DNA of 64,000 nucleotides from contig JBHGNT010000010.1 of assembly GCA_043228905.1 (NCBI GenBank), positions 1,922,001-1,986,000 of the forward strand, given 5' to 3'. A program made the position numbers and the translations under genes. Shown here piece by piece: positions 35,301 to 46,741 of the stretch. Source of the stretch: Azolla caroliniana (lineage: Eukaryota; Plantae; Polypodiophyta). Numbering within the stretch: position 1 is the first letter of the stretch; each line of letters begins with the position of its first letter. Below the pieces are notes generated by a model. It was not told the DNA's origin. It saw nothing but the letters and a program-made list of their open reading frames with translations, and ran no database searches.

Positions 35301-38300
35301 TATGAAACTACAATCCGCAGATATCATTTTAGGATAGCCTTGGTTTTTTAATAAAAACCCTTCTGTGTCCATTGATTGGGTTAATCACTCAATCACATTT
35401 GAACTTAATAATTGTAAACATTTTATTTAATGTTCCAAACTTCCTTCTCGTTCACTTATGTCTTCTAAATCTTTAAGTGAGTATTCAAGTTCATTAATTT
35501 ATTCATGTGTAATTGATCCTGCGCTTCAATATTATTATTTTCATATTGACGCCACACAACTACCACATTATGAACAACTATTACTCGACTCTATTTTAGA
35601 CGATTTTCCAGACGTGTTTCCTAATGAATTGCCACTTACTTCACCACCAAAACGTAATGTGGACCATCAAATTGAACTCATTCCTGGTGCTTCTCTCGTG
35701 AGCATTCCACCTTACCGACTTAGTCGATTAGAAGAGGATGAGATCGCTAAACAACTTAAGAAATACTTGAGTATGGGCCATATTAGGTATAGTAAATCAC
35801 CTTGGGGTGCGCCAGTTCTATTGGTTAAGAAGAAGGAAGGTTCATGGTGAATGTGTATCAATTATCGCCGTTTGAATAAAATGACAATTAAAAATGCATA
35901 TCCGTTACCTCGTGCCGATGATTTGATTGATCGTTTGCATGGGGCCTGATATTTTACGAAAATTGACTTACAAACAGGTTATCATCAGATTCACATTGCC
36001 AAGGATGATATTCCTAAAAGCTTTTTTTGTATGCGCTATGGCCATGATGAGTTTTTACTCATGCCTTTCGAATTAACTAATGCTCCAGTCACATTCCAAC
36101 AAACGATGAATGACGTTTTCCGAGATCAACTCGGTGATTTTGTTGTTGTCTTCCTGGATGATATTCTAATATATAGTCGTACCTTGCAAGATCGTGTTCA
36201 ACATGTTCGATTTGTTTTGCAAAAGTTGCGTGACAACTCTTTCTATGCAAAACATTAAAAATGTGATTTTTTTCAAAAATCTATTGTGTACCCAGGCCAT
36301 TTAATTACGGAAATTGGTGTTGAAATTGAACCTTCTCGTATTGAAAAGGTTAAACTTTGGCCCATTCCTCATAATATTTGTGAACTGCGATCATTCTTTG
36401 GGTTTGGGTGATTTTTACAAAAATCAATTCGTAACTATTCCAAATTGACTACGCCATTAACTGACCTTTTAAAAGGTCATCCACGTAAGTCTGTCAAACC
36501 AATTGCATGGAATGAAAAACTTGACAAATCATTTGAGACACTCAAAGAGCATGTGTGTCTGGTTCCCACTCTTCTATGACCGGAGCCTTCTTAGCCTTTC
36601 TCAATCGAAACAGATGCCAGTGATTATGCTATTGGTGTCGTTCTTTATCAAGGCAGTCACCCTATTGCTTTTGAAAGTAAGAAGCTTGATGCTGCTCAAT
36701 CTTGGTATTCAGGTTAAGAGGAAGAGTTGTTTGCGGTTATACATGCACTTAAAACATGGAGGCGCTATCGTTATGGATATAAATTTGTGGTTACAACAGA
36801 CCATCAATCATTGAAGTATTTTTGTGACCAGCCAGATCTTGTTGGTCGTAAAGGTCGTTGGGCTGACCTTATGCAAGATTTTGATTTTTCCATATGGTAT
36901 CACAAGGGTTCTATGAACAGTGTTGCGGATGCTTTGAGTCGCATTAAAGAAGTTAACATGCTTAGCTTCACGGAAATAAAATATGATCTTTTAGATCACC
37001 TTTGAGGAAAATACCTTGATGACAGTTATTTTTGGAAATACTAGACGAAAGCCGAATCTTATTTAGATGCCGATATTAGCACCCTACCCTCGAAGGCGAC
37101 ATTTCACATTACAAACGGTTTGCTCTACCATAGTGGAAAGGTCTGTGTTCCAGATTTACCAAACGTAAAACAGAAAATTCTTCATGAATGTCATGATGCA
37201 CCATCTGCTGGTCATCCTAGAATACAACGCACACTCGTTCTCATCTCGACTACTTTTTTCTTGCCTAAGATGGGCTTTGACGTGCATAAATACGTAACTC
37301 AATGCTTCCAATGTCAAATTAATAAGTCGGAATGACTTAAAGCTATTGGTCTTTTACATCCCTTAGATATTCCCAACAACAAATGGGAAAGTATCTCGAT
37401 GGATTTTATTGTTAGTTTACCTCGTACATAGAGGGGTCATGATGCCATTTGGGTTGTCGCTGACAGACTAACAAAATTGGCTAGATTTATTGATGAGTTA
37501 TTTCGTTTTTATGGATTACCGATGGATATTGTTAGTGATCGAGATTTCAAGTTTACTAGTGACTTTTGGACTCAAGTCTTTAAGAAACTAGAAACTATGT
37601 TGAGCATGAGTTCCGCAGATCATCCTCAGTCTAATGGACAAACTGAACGAGTTAATCAAATTATTGAGGACATGCTTTGAGCTTATGTAGCAAACAACCC
37701 TTCTAAGTGGTTGCAATACCTTCCTATCTTAGAATTTGCCTATAATAGCTCTAAACATACATCCACTAGATATAGTCCTTTTATGTTGATGTATGGTTTT
37801 AAGCCATGTGCCCTAGTTGATGTCACGATTCATCGTGATACATTAGACAGTACACGCATTTTTTTGTAAGACATGAACCAAATGTTGCATATTGCCAAAG
37901 AGAATGTCAAGACAGCTCAAGATTGTGCTGATTTTATGTTGATCAAGATGGACATCCTCGTGCATTTACTATTGGTCAAAAAGTCTTTTTGTGTGTCCCT
38001 ACTGACTCTACATCATTGTCTACAGGCAAGTGCACTAAGTTAGCCCCAAATATTTTGGCCCATTTGAAATCCTTAAGCGGGTTGGGTCATCTGCTTATCA
38101 CCTTGCCTTACCCCGTAACGGGTATTCATCCTGTTTTTCACGTTAGTTGTCTAAAACCATTTTTAGGCTCTGGTGATAACACCATCACAATCCAAGATCT
38201 TGTAACATTAGAAGATTTTTCTTACAAACCTCATGTTCCTGAACGAATTCTTGATTCTCGTACTAAAGAGATTTGGCTATTCAAGATCAAATGGATGGAT

Positions 38301-38875
38301 AAACCTATTGATGATGCCACATGGGAAAGCGAGCATACTCTTAAGGCACAATTTCGTCACTTTATATTGCAAGAGTGCAATCTTTTGAAATAGGGGAGTA
38401 TGTTATGTACACATAACATTGGTGAGGGTAGGTCACCAATAGTTACATTAGTGAAGGATATGTTCACTAATGTTAAAAAGGGGACCAATGATTGGATAAG
38501 AGGAATGATAAGTGCATGCACTATCATGATTTGGACAACCAATTAATGGAGAGACTTTTAGAAAGGCACATCTAATCAAGGGGCCTAGGAAAAGGTATAA
38601 ATATGAGGCTTAGCTAGCATCATAATCACATTACATCGGAAGGCTGCTCAGTCTTAGACACCGGTGGTGCGGGCCAGGCTTTCATCTCGACGATCGTGTT
38701 TATCTCTTCCAAGGTATTAGTCATCCTAATATCCGGCGGTATAGAATGTCGGTGGTAGGTTGGCTATGTCTAGATCATAGCTCGGGGATGGTCGGGTGGA
38801 ATGGGTTCTTCTATCCATTCTATTTTCCTTCTTTTACTTTTGTTTGGTCTATTGATTAGTAATAAACTCTTAACA
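32312..38875 (+). mobile_element. Ty3/gypsy chromovirus, copy 2 (near full length, pseudogenised)
   Basis: LTRs 32312-32784 and 38401-38875; TSD AATCC; PBS TGGTATCAAAGC 32786; PPT before 38401. gag, RT (FLDD), RNaseH, integrase and chromodomain-like (IKW..DATWE) remnants with many stops. Confidence 0.93.
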
Positions 38876-39354
38876 AATCCCTCGAGACCGTTATTAATGT
38901 TGGAATTGATAAAGATCATTCTACTCAAATGCATGAGTGATTGGCAATTCTATTACTTGAGGGTTACAAATTACGTTAATTTTACGTATACATACTTGTG
39001 CGAGCTTAGGTAATAAGTAGAGTGTATTAATAATTTGGAAGAATATAAATAAGCTAGGTTTTGAATTGATGTATGTAGTAATAAAATATTTCTCAAATTT
39101 TAGTGCGATGCTAATGTGGCAAGAGCAAGAGACATAGATTTGAAATATATATATATATATCTATGACATGCTTGATCAATGTTTGAAAAAAGGGCTGAGA
39201 AATGAAGGGGGTTGGTTAAAAAGCTTATGTATGCAAGTAGTGGATTGATGTGAAATACTTCGATTGCAATTATTAAATACTTAGATTCTTAGGAACCACA
39301 TTATACAAGAACTAGTCCACACTCTCATTTAAAACTAATTTTGCTCTATCACGG

Positions 39355-40078
39355 TGTCGTGAAGATTCCGGGCCATAGGTAGAAACAAGGTGAAATGCGT
39401 AGGAACATTGGTTTACGCGAGTGCACGCCTCGAGGGAATTAAATAGGGGAAGTACTAGGCGTGAGTATAAGGAGGGGTACTAGGTAGTTAGAGCATAGAG
39501 ATTGCATAAGTAGGGAGAGTTAAAAGGAGAGTAAATCAAGGGAGAGAATCTAGGACAAAGGGTGACAGGTCATGAATGCTTGTAACGGTCGCTCCTTGTG
39601 CTATAAAAGGGGCCACCTTTGACTGTCTTCGGGATGCCATCTAAAGAGGAGGATACACAGAGAAAGACCGAGGACGGACCGCGGAAGGAGGGCTTCCCCT
39701 TGCTCGCGTTAGACGCCCGAGTGCTCCCGACCTGGGAATCAACCTTCTACGCACCGACGTCTCTTTGTACCTGGCCATTTGCCGAGCTCCGCGCTCCATC
39801 ATCGGCTTTGAACCGGCTGTAACCACTCACATCACCGTGCACCTGTGTTTTAATAGAACTCTTTCTACCTAACATACTTCGTTCTCAGTGTCTTTGTCCG
39901 TGTCTGTGTCTACGCGTGACTCTCTTGCTCTCTCTCGTTAGCTAGACTTACCCGCTCTCCCGTGGTCTCAAGACCTACGCAGCCCACAAACTCCTCCCTC
40001 CTCGTTTCCCTGATTCTTTGGTTCGAGACCCCCGTGGTCCTGCCCGACTTCTACGCATCCGCGAGGATAACCTCGACA
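39355..40078 (+). mobile_element. Solo LTR, 724 bp, 4-bp TSD
   Basis: TGTCG...CGACA termini, ACGG on both sides, CTATAAAAG at 39601. Empty site TATCACGGCTAATC at ~22307. Confidence 0.85.
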
Positions 40079-40800
40079 ACGGCTAATCAAGAGATGGTGC
40101 AAGGGCGCATAGTATGTTTTTAGGGTTTACTCAATTGTATACTTATTCTTCACGTAATCGCATGTTCCTTGGTAATTTAAGAAGAATGTGGGCTTTCAAT
40201 TGATAAAGAAGCCCCTCTCATGGTGATATGACAAGACAAGTCCAACACGAAGAATGATAGAAATCGGGTGGGCGGATTCCACAAGGTAATGTATTTACAC
40301 TAAATGATCTACAAGAGAATAAGGGGAATTTGTTGTAGTACAAATGTGTACTTGCCTTTGACTATGTCAGAAGCACGTGGTAATTTTTTCTTGGGGAAGA
40401 TGCGCACGTGCTTATTGTTAATATTCCCATTGTTCACACCAAGATCATGGGCCATGGCCAACGGTGACATGATTTAGGTCTGGCATGGCATGCTTATCTC
40501 CTGCAATGAATGATCTATCACAGCCATAGCTTGTTCCTCACGCCTATAAATACCACACTATCCTCCACTCCATTATTACCAACAAACAATTCCCAATCTT
40601 CCATCTCTACATTTCCACCACTAATTATACATCCATACATTTCCTACCAAGGTATTTCTGAATCATCTATTCTTGTGTTATGCTTCCTCTGATTGCTCTA
40701 TTTAAACACATGTAGCTTTGATTTCATTCCTGTTTGATTAGGTTTTCTCCGCAGTTTCATACAAAAGTTCCAGCGGCAGATCGCATTTCGATTCGGCAGG

Positions 40801-41469
40801 ATGAGGAATATGCTGCTCTTCTCTTTTGTTGCCATTTGTTTGGCGTGCAGTCATTCGCCCGAATTCGGGCTCGCGGCCGACGAAGACATTTGCCCCATGG
40901 CACAAGAAGCCGTGTTCCCGTACTGGTCGTTGTGCTCGGATCCCGCAAAGTATAGTTACTCCGGAGGTATTTACAAGCTCCAATCGCAAGGAAGCGGGGA
41001 TGGCAATGGCTATCTCCTGGCCCCCGAGTGGGATGCCACAGACTCCACCTACTATGTCCGCCTCGTGGAGGATTCAGCCGCGGCAGCCAATTACGTGTTC
41101 ACACACACCACAAGGGAAATCCGTCCATACGTCGCAGTGTCCGACACCAACATCATCATCGTGAATGCCGACACCCAGCGGTATCTGAAGTGGCGCGAGG
41201 AAGGCGGGGAACGGTTCTTGGTGGAGGCGGCCATGAATGAGGATTCTACAAGCCTGGCATTGTTCGAGTTTGTACCCGACAACACGGTCACGCTTGCATG
41301 TCCACGCGTGCTCAACGCACGATGCCAAGCGTATGATCTCGTGTCCATGGCATCGGACCCGACCACGGGACTCAGCCCTTACAAGGAGGATGGTGTCGTC
41401 TACTTCACATTGTCTGCCGAGAACCTTCTTCCCTTCACCCTCATCAACGCGACCAAGACTGCGACCTAA
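40801..41469 (+). CDS. Secreted protein subtype A, copy A3 (222 aa)
   Basis: Intact; 5 amino-acid differences from A2. Confidence 0.92.
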   Translation: MRNMLLFSFVAICLACSHSPEFGLAADEDICPMAQEAVFPYWSLCSDPAKYSYSGGIYKLQSQGSGDGNGYLLAPEWDATDSTYYVRLVEDSAAAANYVFTHTTREIRPYVAVSDTNIIIVNADTQRYLKWREEGGERFLVEAAMNEDSTSLALFEFVPDNTVTLACPRVLNARCQAYDLVSMASDPTTGLSPYKEDGVVYFTLSAENLLPFTLINATKTAT

Positions 41470-43097
41470 AAGCTCGACCTCCCGTCTATAAAACATGTGA
41501 TTCAGGCTGTTATTTTGCAATGCAAAATTTGCAGATTGCCAAATAAGTGTATTCAAACTAGTGATTGGAACGAAACTCTGTGAATAAAATATAACAAGCA
41601 CTACCTCATGATATATGAGAGCTTTCATGTTTCACCACAACTATGAGTGCTTCTTCTTTCTTATAAAAGTTGGGTATATGTTTCTATGTACATGTATTTA
41701 TGTATGTATATCGTATGTATGTAGTACGCTTATATGTATGTAAGTATGTTAATTTGTATGTGTATAAACCACATTTTGCATGAGAGAGAGAGAGAGAGGA
41801 GAAGAAGAAGAAGAAGAAAACCTTGGATCAAGAACCTAGGAATTGTGCTTGACCTTTGGTTGTCTACAAGGGAGATGGGGGACTTTGAAGTTTGAATCTC
41901 CCTTTTCTTGAAATTTTCTTACAATTATTTTAAAAACCTAACGTTATATGTTGGGTTTTACATTGTGGCGTTTATTGTCGCTTCGAATCTAAAAAACGAT
42001 GGTACGAAATTGCATGTAACTTTTAGCGTCACAGTTAACATCATCCATCTAATGTGTCATTTAGTGTCGCTATCATTAGTAAAAATATGTTCAACAGTAA
42101 TGCCCCCTTATGCTAAAGTGTATATACATATAAAATATACAACACATATGCTCACTCACTTCATTTGCTCACAAATTCACAATACACCTAATTCACACGC
42201 ATAAATTTGCAAGCACACAACATGTATAAAACAAGCAATTCAATTGAGAACAACTCGATAAGCATATTCAAACATGCTCATTGCTCACAATAAAAGCACA
42301 TCACTAAGTGTTTCCTTGTAACAACAAATGCACACTTACAATCAACCCATACTCATACATATACGATATAAATTAATAGACAAACCACCGACCTCACATT
42401 CAACATACTTGCACTGTTGTACATGCACAAACATTTGAGCATAAACACTCAAGTTCATACACAATTACAAGAAAAAGGAACATAAATAGATTGAAGGTTA
42501 CCCATTTTCCACCGTCAAAACCCACCTTGGATGGTTCAACTCCCCGGTGGTACACTATGTAAAACTCTAACTATCGCTATGCTAAACATTCTTGTCTTTG
42601 ACAAGTCTATTGAACTACCAAAATGCAAAACATTCTTCTCTAATTTGAATTCCAGCTTAGTAAAAAAACGTTCAAGCCATATCATCACTTTACTAGCTCT
42701 ACTCAACCTCTATAGTGGATAGAGTGACAATCATTTGTATCTTCAACATCCACATCCAATGAAGGACTATAATTCCAACAGTGAATATATAACTAGTGGT
42801 GCTTTGTTTTGCCCATGCATTTCTCAGCTCTTCTCCAAGTAAAGATTACCTATGGCACTTCATTGAAGATGTGTAATTGCTATTCTCAATGCAAAACTTG
42901 CATGCTTGACATCCACATAGAGTGAGTGGCCTTTGGATCAATACATCACAAGACAAGCATAAAAGGAAGGAAGGTAAATTAACCAGTATTAATGTGTTAT
43001 GAAACTATAATCAATGTTGTGATGAATGTGGATGTGTTGCATCATGTTCCCGTGTTGAGGTTCTCATTAAGGAATGGTGTTTTACTCCATTAGGAAG

Positions 43098-43257
43098 ATG
43101 AAGAGTCTAGTGCCAGGCCTATGACCTGGTCTCTGGATCCGACCCCTCAATTGGATTCACTACGTATGAAGAGGATGGCGTGATCTACCACAAACTCGCC
43201 GCCGATGATCTTGTCCTCTTCGTTCTTCGCACAATTGAATCAAAACTCTTAATGTAA
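43098..43257 (+). pseudogene. Internally deleted B-like pseudogene
   Basis: ATG AAG AGT CTA GTG is joined out of frame to CQAYDLVSGSDPSIGFTTYEEDGVIYHKLAADDLVLFVLRTIESKLLM-TAA. B-like intron and 3' flank are retained. Confidence 0.85.
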
Positions 43258-44916
43258 CTGGTTTGCCTATGTGATGCAAATGTGCATTGATCATGTATAG
43301 GAAAAGCCTACTTCATGCTACTCCTACAGTGTGGACATTGTCACTTTCGATGGCGAGTATTCATGACATGCAAACATATGGAATGATTATGTATAGATTT
43401 GAAATGAACGCATAGCAATAAACACGTGCAAACCTTCGGGCCTGTGAGATTACAACAACATTGCATCTCGTAAGGGTATGTGGCTTGTCCTTCCAATGTC
43501 ATCACTTATAGAAACAACTATACACGCTCTATATTGGCGTCTAGACTTTGATGAGCCTAATTGGCCCATCATCATCTCCCTAAAGGATTCTCAACTCATG
43601 TTTATCATTCAAATCTACTACCCTCAAGAACAAGAAAACATTCATCCAACTTCTCAAACTTGATCTTCAAAGCTCTCCATCACTACTCCCTTGTGCCTAC
43701 TCATTATTATTGCTATTCCACCATTCCACAATTCAATGTATTTTGATATGTCTCTCCCATTGAATCTCTGAACCTTATCAACCACTTTCTCCACCACTAC
43801 ACTTATGTATGTGGCCTTGTCCTTTGCATAAAGAGTTTTGTTCCACAACAACAAATGACACTGGAGCAATCTTTGCTTCTTTTTATTATTGTTGTAATTT
43901 TTTTTCTCTCTCAACTTTTCTTACTAGCCTTAACATTGTGGTCCGATGTTTACACTCAAAAGTTGGACAATATATTATTCATCATGGTTTTTTTCGTTTG
44001 AAATGTACTTGACTTGTGATAATGTCAATAATACTCATATGTTTTAAAGGTTAATATGATGCATTGTCCAAATATGCTATATCATAATAGTGGACTGATT
44101 TCTCAAATATGTCAACATAAGTAATGATTTGCCATTTCTTCTTATGGTAAAGTAGGTTGGTCGAGGCTAGCCCGAAAACAAGACGACAGAATGATTCTTA
44201 TGGGGAAGTAATGTAGCAATCAATCTTTTATTTATATTGGTGCCTTTCCCACATGAATATTTTGCCCATGCATTTCTCAGCTTCTCTCTAAATAAAGATG
44301 ATCTATGGCAACTTTTTTGAAGATAATTGCTAATTCCAACCCTAGACTTGAATGCTTGACATCCACATAGAGTGAGTGGCTTTTGGGATAACCCTGAATG
44401 TAATAACCTTCAGAATCTGGATGTCTTTTTGTTCAATCCGTTTTCTTTTATCTATCACAAATTTGTATATTTTATCCAGATGTTAGTGAGGCCCATTTTT
44501 TGATCGATAGACATTTGTCTAGTTCATGATCAGTATTCGAGCCGACATACAACAATGTATTTCGCCATGTGTTTCTTGTGATCCCCAGAAAACATTTCAT
44601 CGAACCAAATAAAACAAGACGAACATATATAGGCGGCTACACTTTCTGATTCAACTTTATTCTCGACCAAAGATCTTAAAATGGTGTTTCTTTGACATCT
44701 GTAGAGCCTATAAATAGGCAGCTAGAATAGGGCCTCAATCCACAGTATCTCATCTCTCTACATCAACAATACATCACACCGTCACAAGCACGAAAGGAAG
44801 GAAGGTAAAAATTCAGTAGTGTCAAAGTGTCGGTCTGAATGTGGCTGTGTTAATGCATGTAATTATGTTCTCATTAAGAAGGAATGGTGTGTGTTTGCTC
44901 CTCGTTCATTAGGAAT

Positions 44917-45576
44917 ATGAGGACTCTTGTGCTACTTCTGGTTGCCATGGCCATTACCTTGGTTTCTAATGGCGCACTCAGTCGACCCAACGACATTTGC
45001 CCCACGGCCGATGAAGCCGTTTTCCCCTACTGGTCCCTATGCTCCGATCCAGCAACCTATGAGTACTCTGGGGGTGTTTACCCCATCGAATCGGTGGGGA
45101 GTAGCGCGGGCTATGGCCAATACCTGGCGCCAGAGTGGGACTCCGAGAACTCGACCTACTATGTCCGCCTGGTCGATGCCGATTCCTCCCCGGCCAACTA
45201 CTTGTTCACACACAACAGCAGGGAAATCCGATCATATGTTGCCGTGAACTCCACTGACATCATCATCAAGAATGCCGATACCCAGCGACTTCTGGCATGG
45301 CGAGACGAGGGCGGGGAGAAGTTCCTTGTGGAGGCAGACACATCTGACGACGATACAAGCCAAGGATTCTTCAAGTTCACACCCGATGACTCGGTTTCCC
45401 TGGCGTGCCCTTTTATCTTAGGCGCCCGTTGCCAGGCCTACGACATTGTCTCGGGATCCAACCCCTTATCCGGGCTCACCGCGTACGAGGAGAATGGTGC
45501 CATCTACTTCAAACTCGCGGCCGATAATGTTGTCCCCTTTGTCCTTCGCACAAGCGTATCCAAAAGCCTAATGTAA
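44917..45576 (+). CDS. Secreted protein subtype B, copy B3 (219 aa; older paralogue)
   Basis: Intact ORF with signal peptide; TATA at ~44707. Flanks are homologous to, but more diverged than, those of B1 and B2. Confidence 0.92.
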   Translation: MRTLVLLLVAMAITLVSNGALSRPNDICPTADEAVFPYWSLCSDPATYEYSGGVYPIESVGSSAGYGQYLAPEWDSENSTYYVRLVDADSSPANYLFTHNSREIRSYVAVNSTDIIIKNADTQRLLAWRDEGGEKFLVEADTSDDDTSQGFFKFTPDDSVSLACPFILGARCQAYDIVSGSNPLSGLTAYEENGAIYFKLAADNVVPFVLRTSVSKSLM

Positions 45577-45817
45577 CCGGTTTGCTTATGCAATGCAAAA
45601 TGTGCATTGATCATAATAAAACATTTCTCTACTTTTGATCATGTATAAGTAAAGCCTACTTTGGGCTACTATTTCTCTTGTGGACAATGTCACTTTCGTA
45701 TCAATTTGTGGACATTGTCACTTTCCATGGTGAGTATTCATGAAACATACGGAAATTATTAAAAGTCATGATGAAATTTGTTGGATGTTGGAGGAAAAAA
45801 TCGATTAGAAATTGGAC

Positions 45818-46170
45818 GTTTGCTAAGGAATTTGTTTGTCTATATGTGACGGAGGTGGATTTTGTGTACATGAATTTTGGTTGTTTGAATTTGTAACAAT
45901 TGCATTAGCTATAATTCGTGGGTGCAATTTTTGGATAAAGGGGAGTTTACATCAGGGATGGATAAAAGAGTTTGGAATGTGTGTTCTTTGAAGTTTGCTA
46001 AGGAATTTGTTTGTCTATATGTGACGGAGGTGGATTTTGTGTATATGAATTTTGGTTGTTTGAATTTGTAACAATTGCATTACCTATAATTCATGGGTGC
46101 AAATTTGGATAAAGGGGAGTTTACATCAGGGATGGATAAAATAGTTTGGAATGTGTGTTCTTTGAAGTTT
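45818..46170. repeat. ~175-bp tandem duplication in the B3 3' flank
   Basis: GTTTGCTAAGGAATTTGTTTGTC at 45818 and 45993. Confidence 0.8.
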
Positions 46171-46702
46171 GTAGTAAAAACGAATTTTTGGTGTGGATAA
46201 TAGGTTCAGGTTAGACCATACATTAGCAAAGGTTTTTTCTTGTCTACTTTATTTATGTTAATGTCCATGGAAATGTGTCCTATAGCTTAACATAATGCAT
46301 TGGCAGAATAAGCCAATGCATTCTCAATATAATATACTATATAATAAAAATAGAGTAGTTTCTCAAATCTATTAACATAAATAAGATTTGCCATTTTATC
46401 TTATACTAACAATGTAAGGTATGGATGGGTTTGGCTTGAGCACAATATCATTACACAAGTAGCGACATTAGTCCAAAATTTTGGATCCCTCTTCTCCAGC
46501 TACAAAATATAAAGCATCATGTTTAACTCGTCAAATTTTTTATGTTTATCATGGTTGATCCTTATCATGTTATAGTGTCATGACATGAGCTAATTCCTTT
46601 CCTATGCAAGCATGCTTGTTTAGGTTCTAGTAAAATAAAATGTGGTCTTTGCAAACTTTACATTCTCGTCTCTATGAGAATTCAACAAGAGAGTGGAAAG
46701 AT

Positions 46703-46741
<39 letters not shown>

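Larger units (their letters stand above)
1..42532. repeat. Tandem segmental duplication (at least 2 full units plus the tail of a third); each unit carries gene B, the gypsy element and gene A
   Basis: Near-identical non-coding sequence recurs. A3-A2 offset is 17753 and A2-A1 offset is 23536; unit-specific insertions and deletions explain the difference. The anchor CCCACCTTGGAT occurs at ~1229, ~24766 and ~42521, and high identity stops after the last one. Confidence 0.9.
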
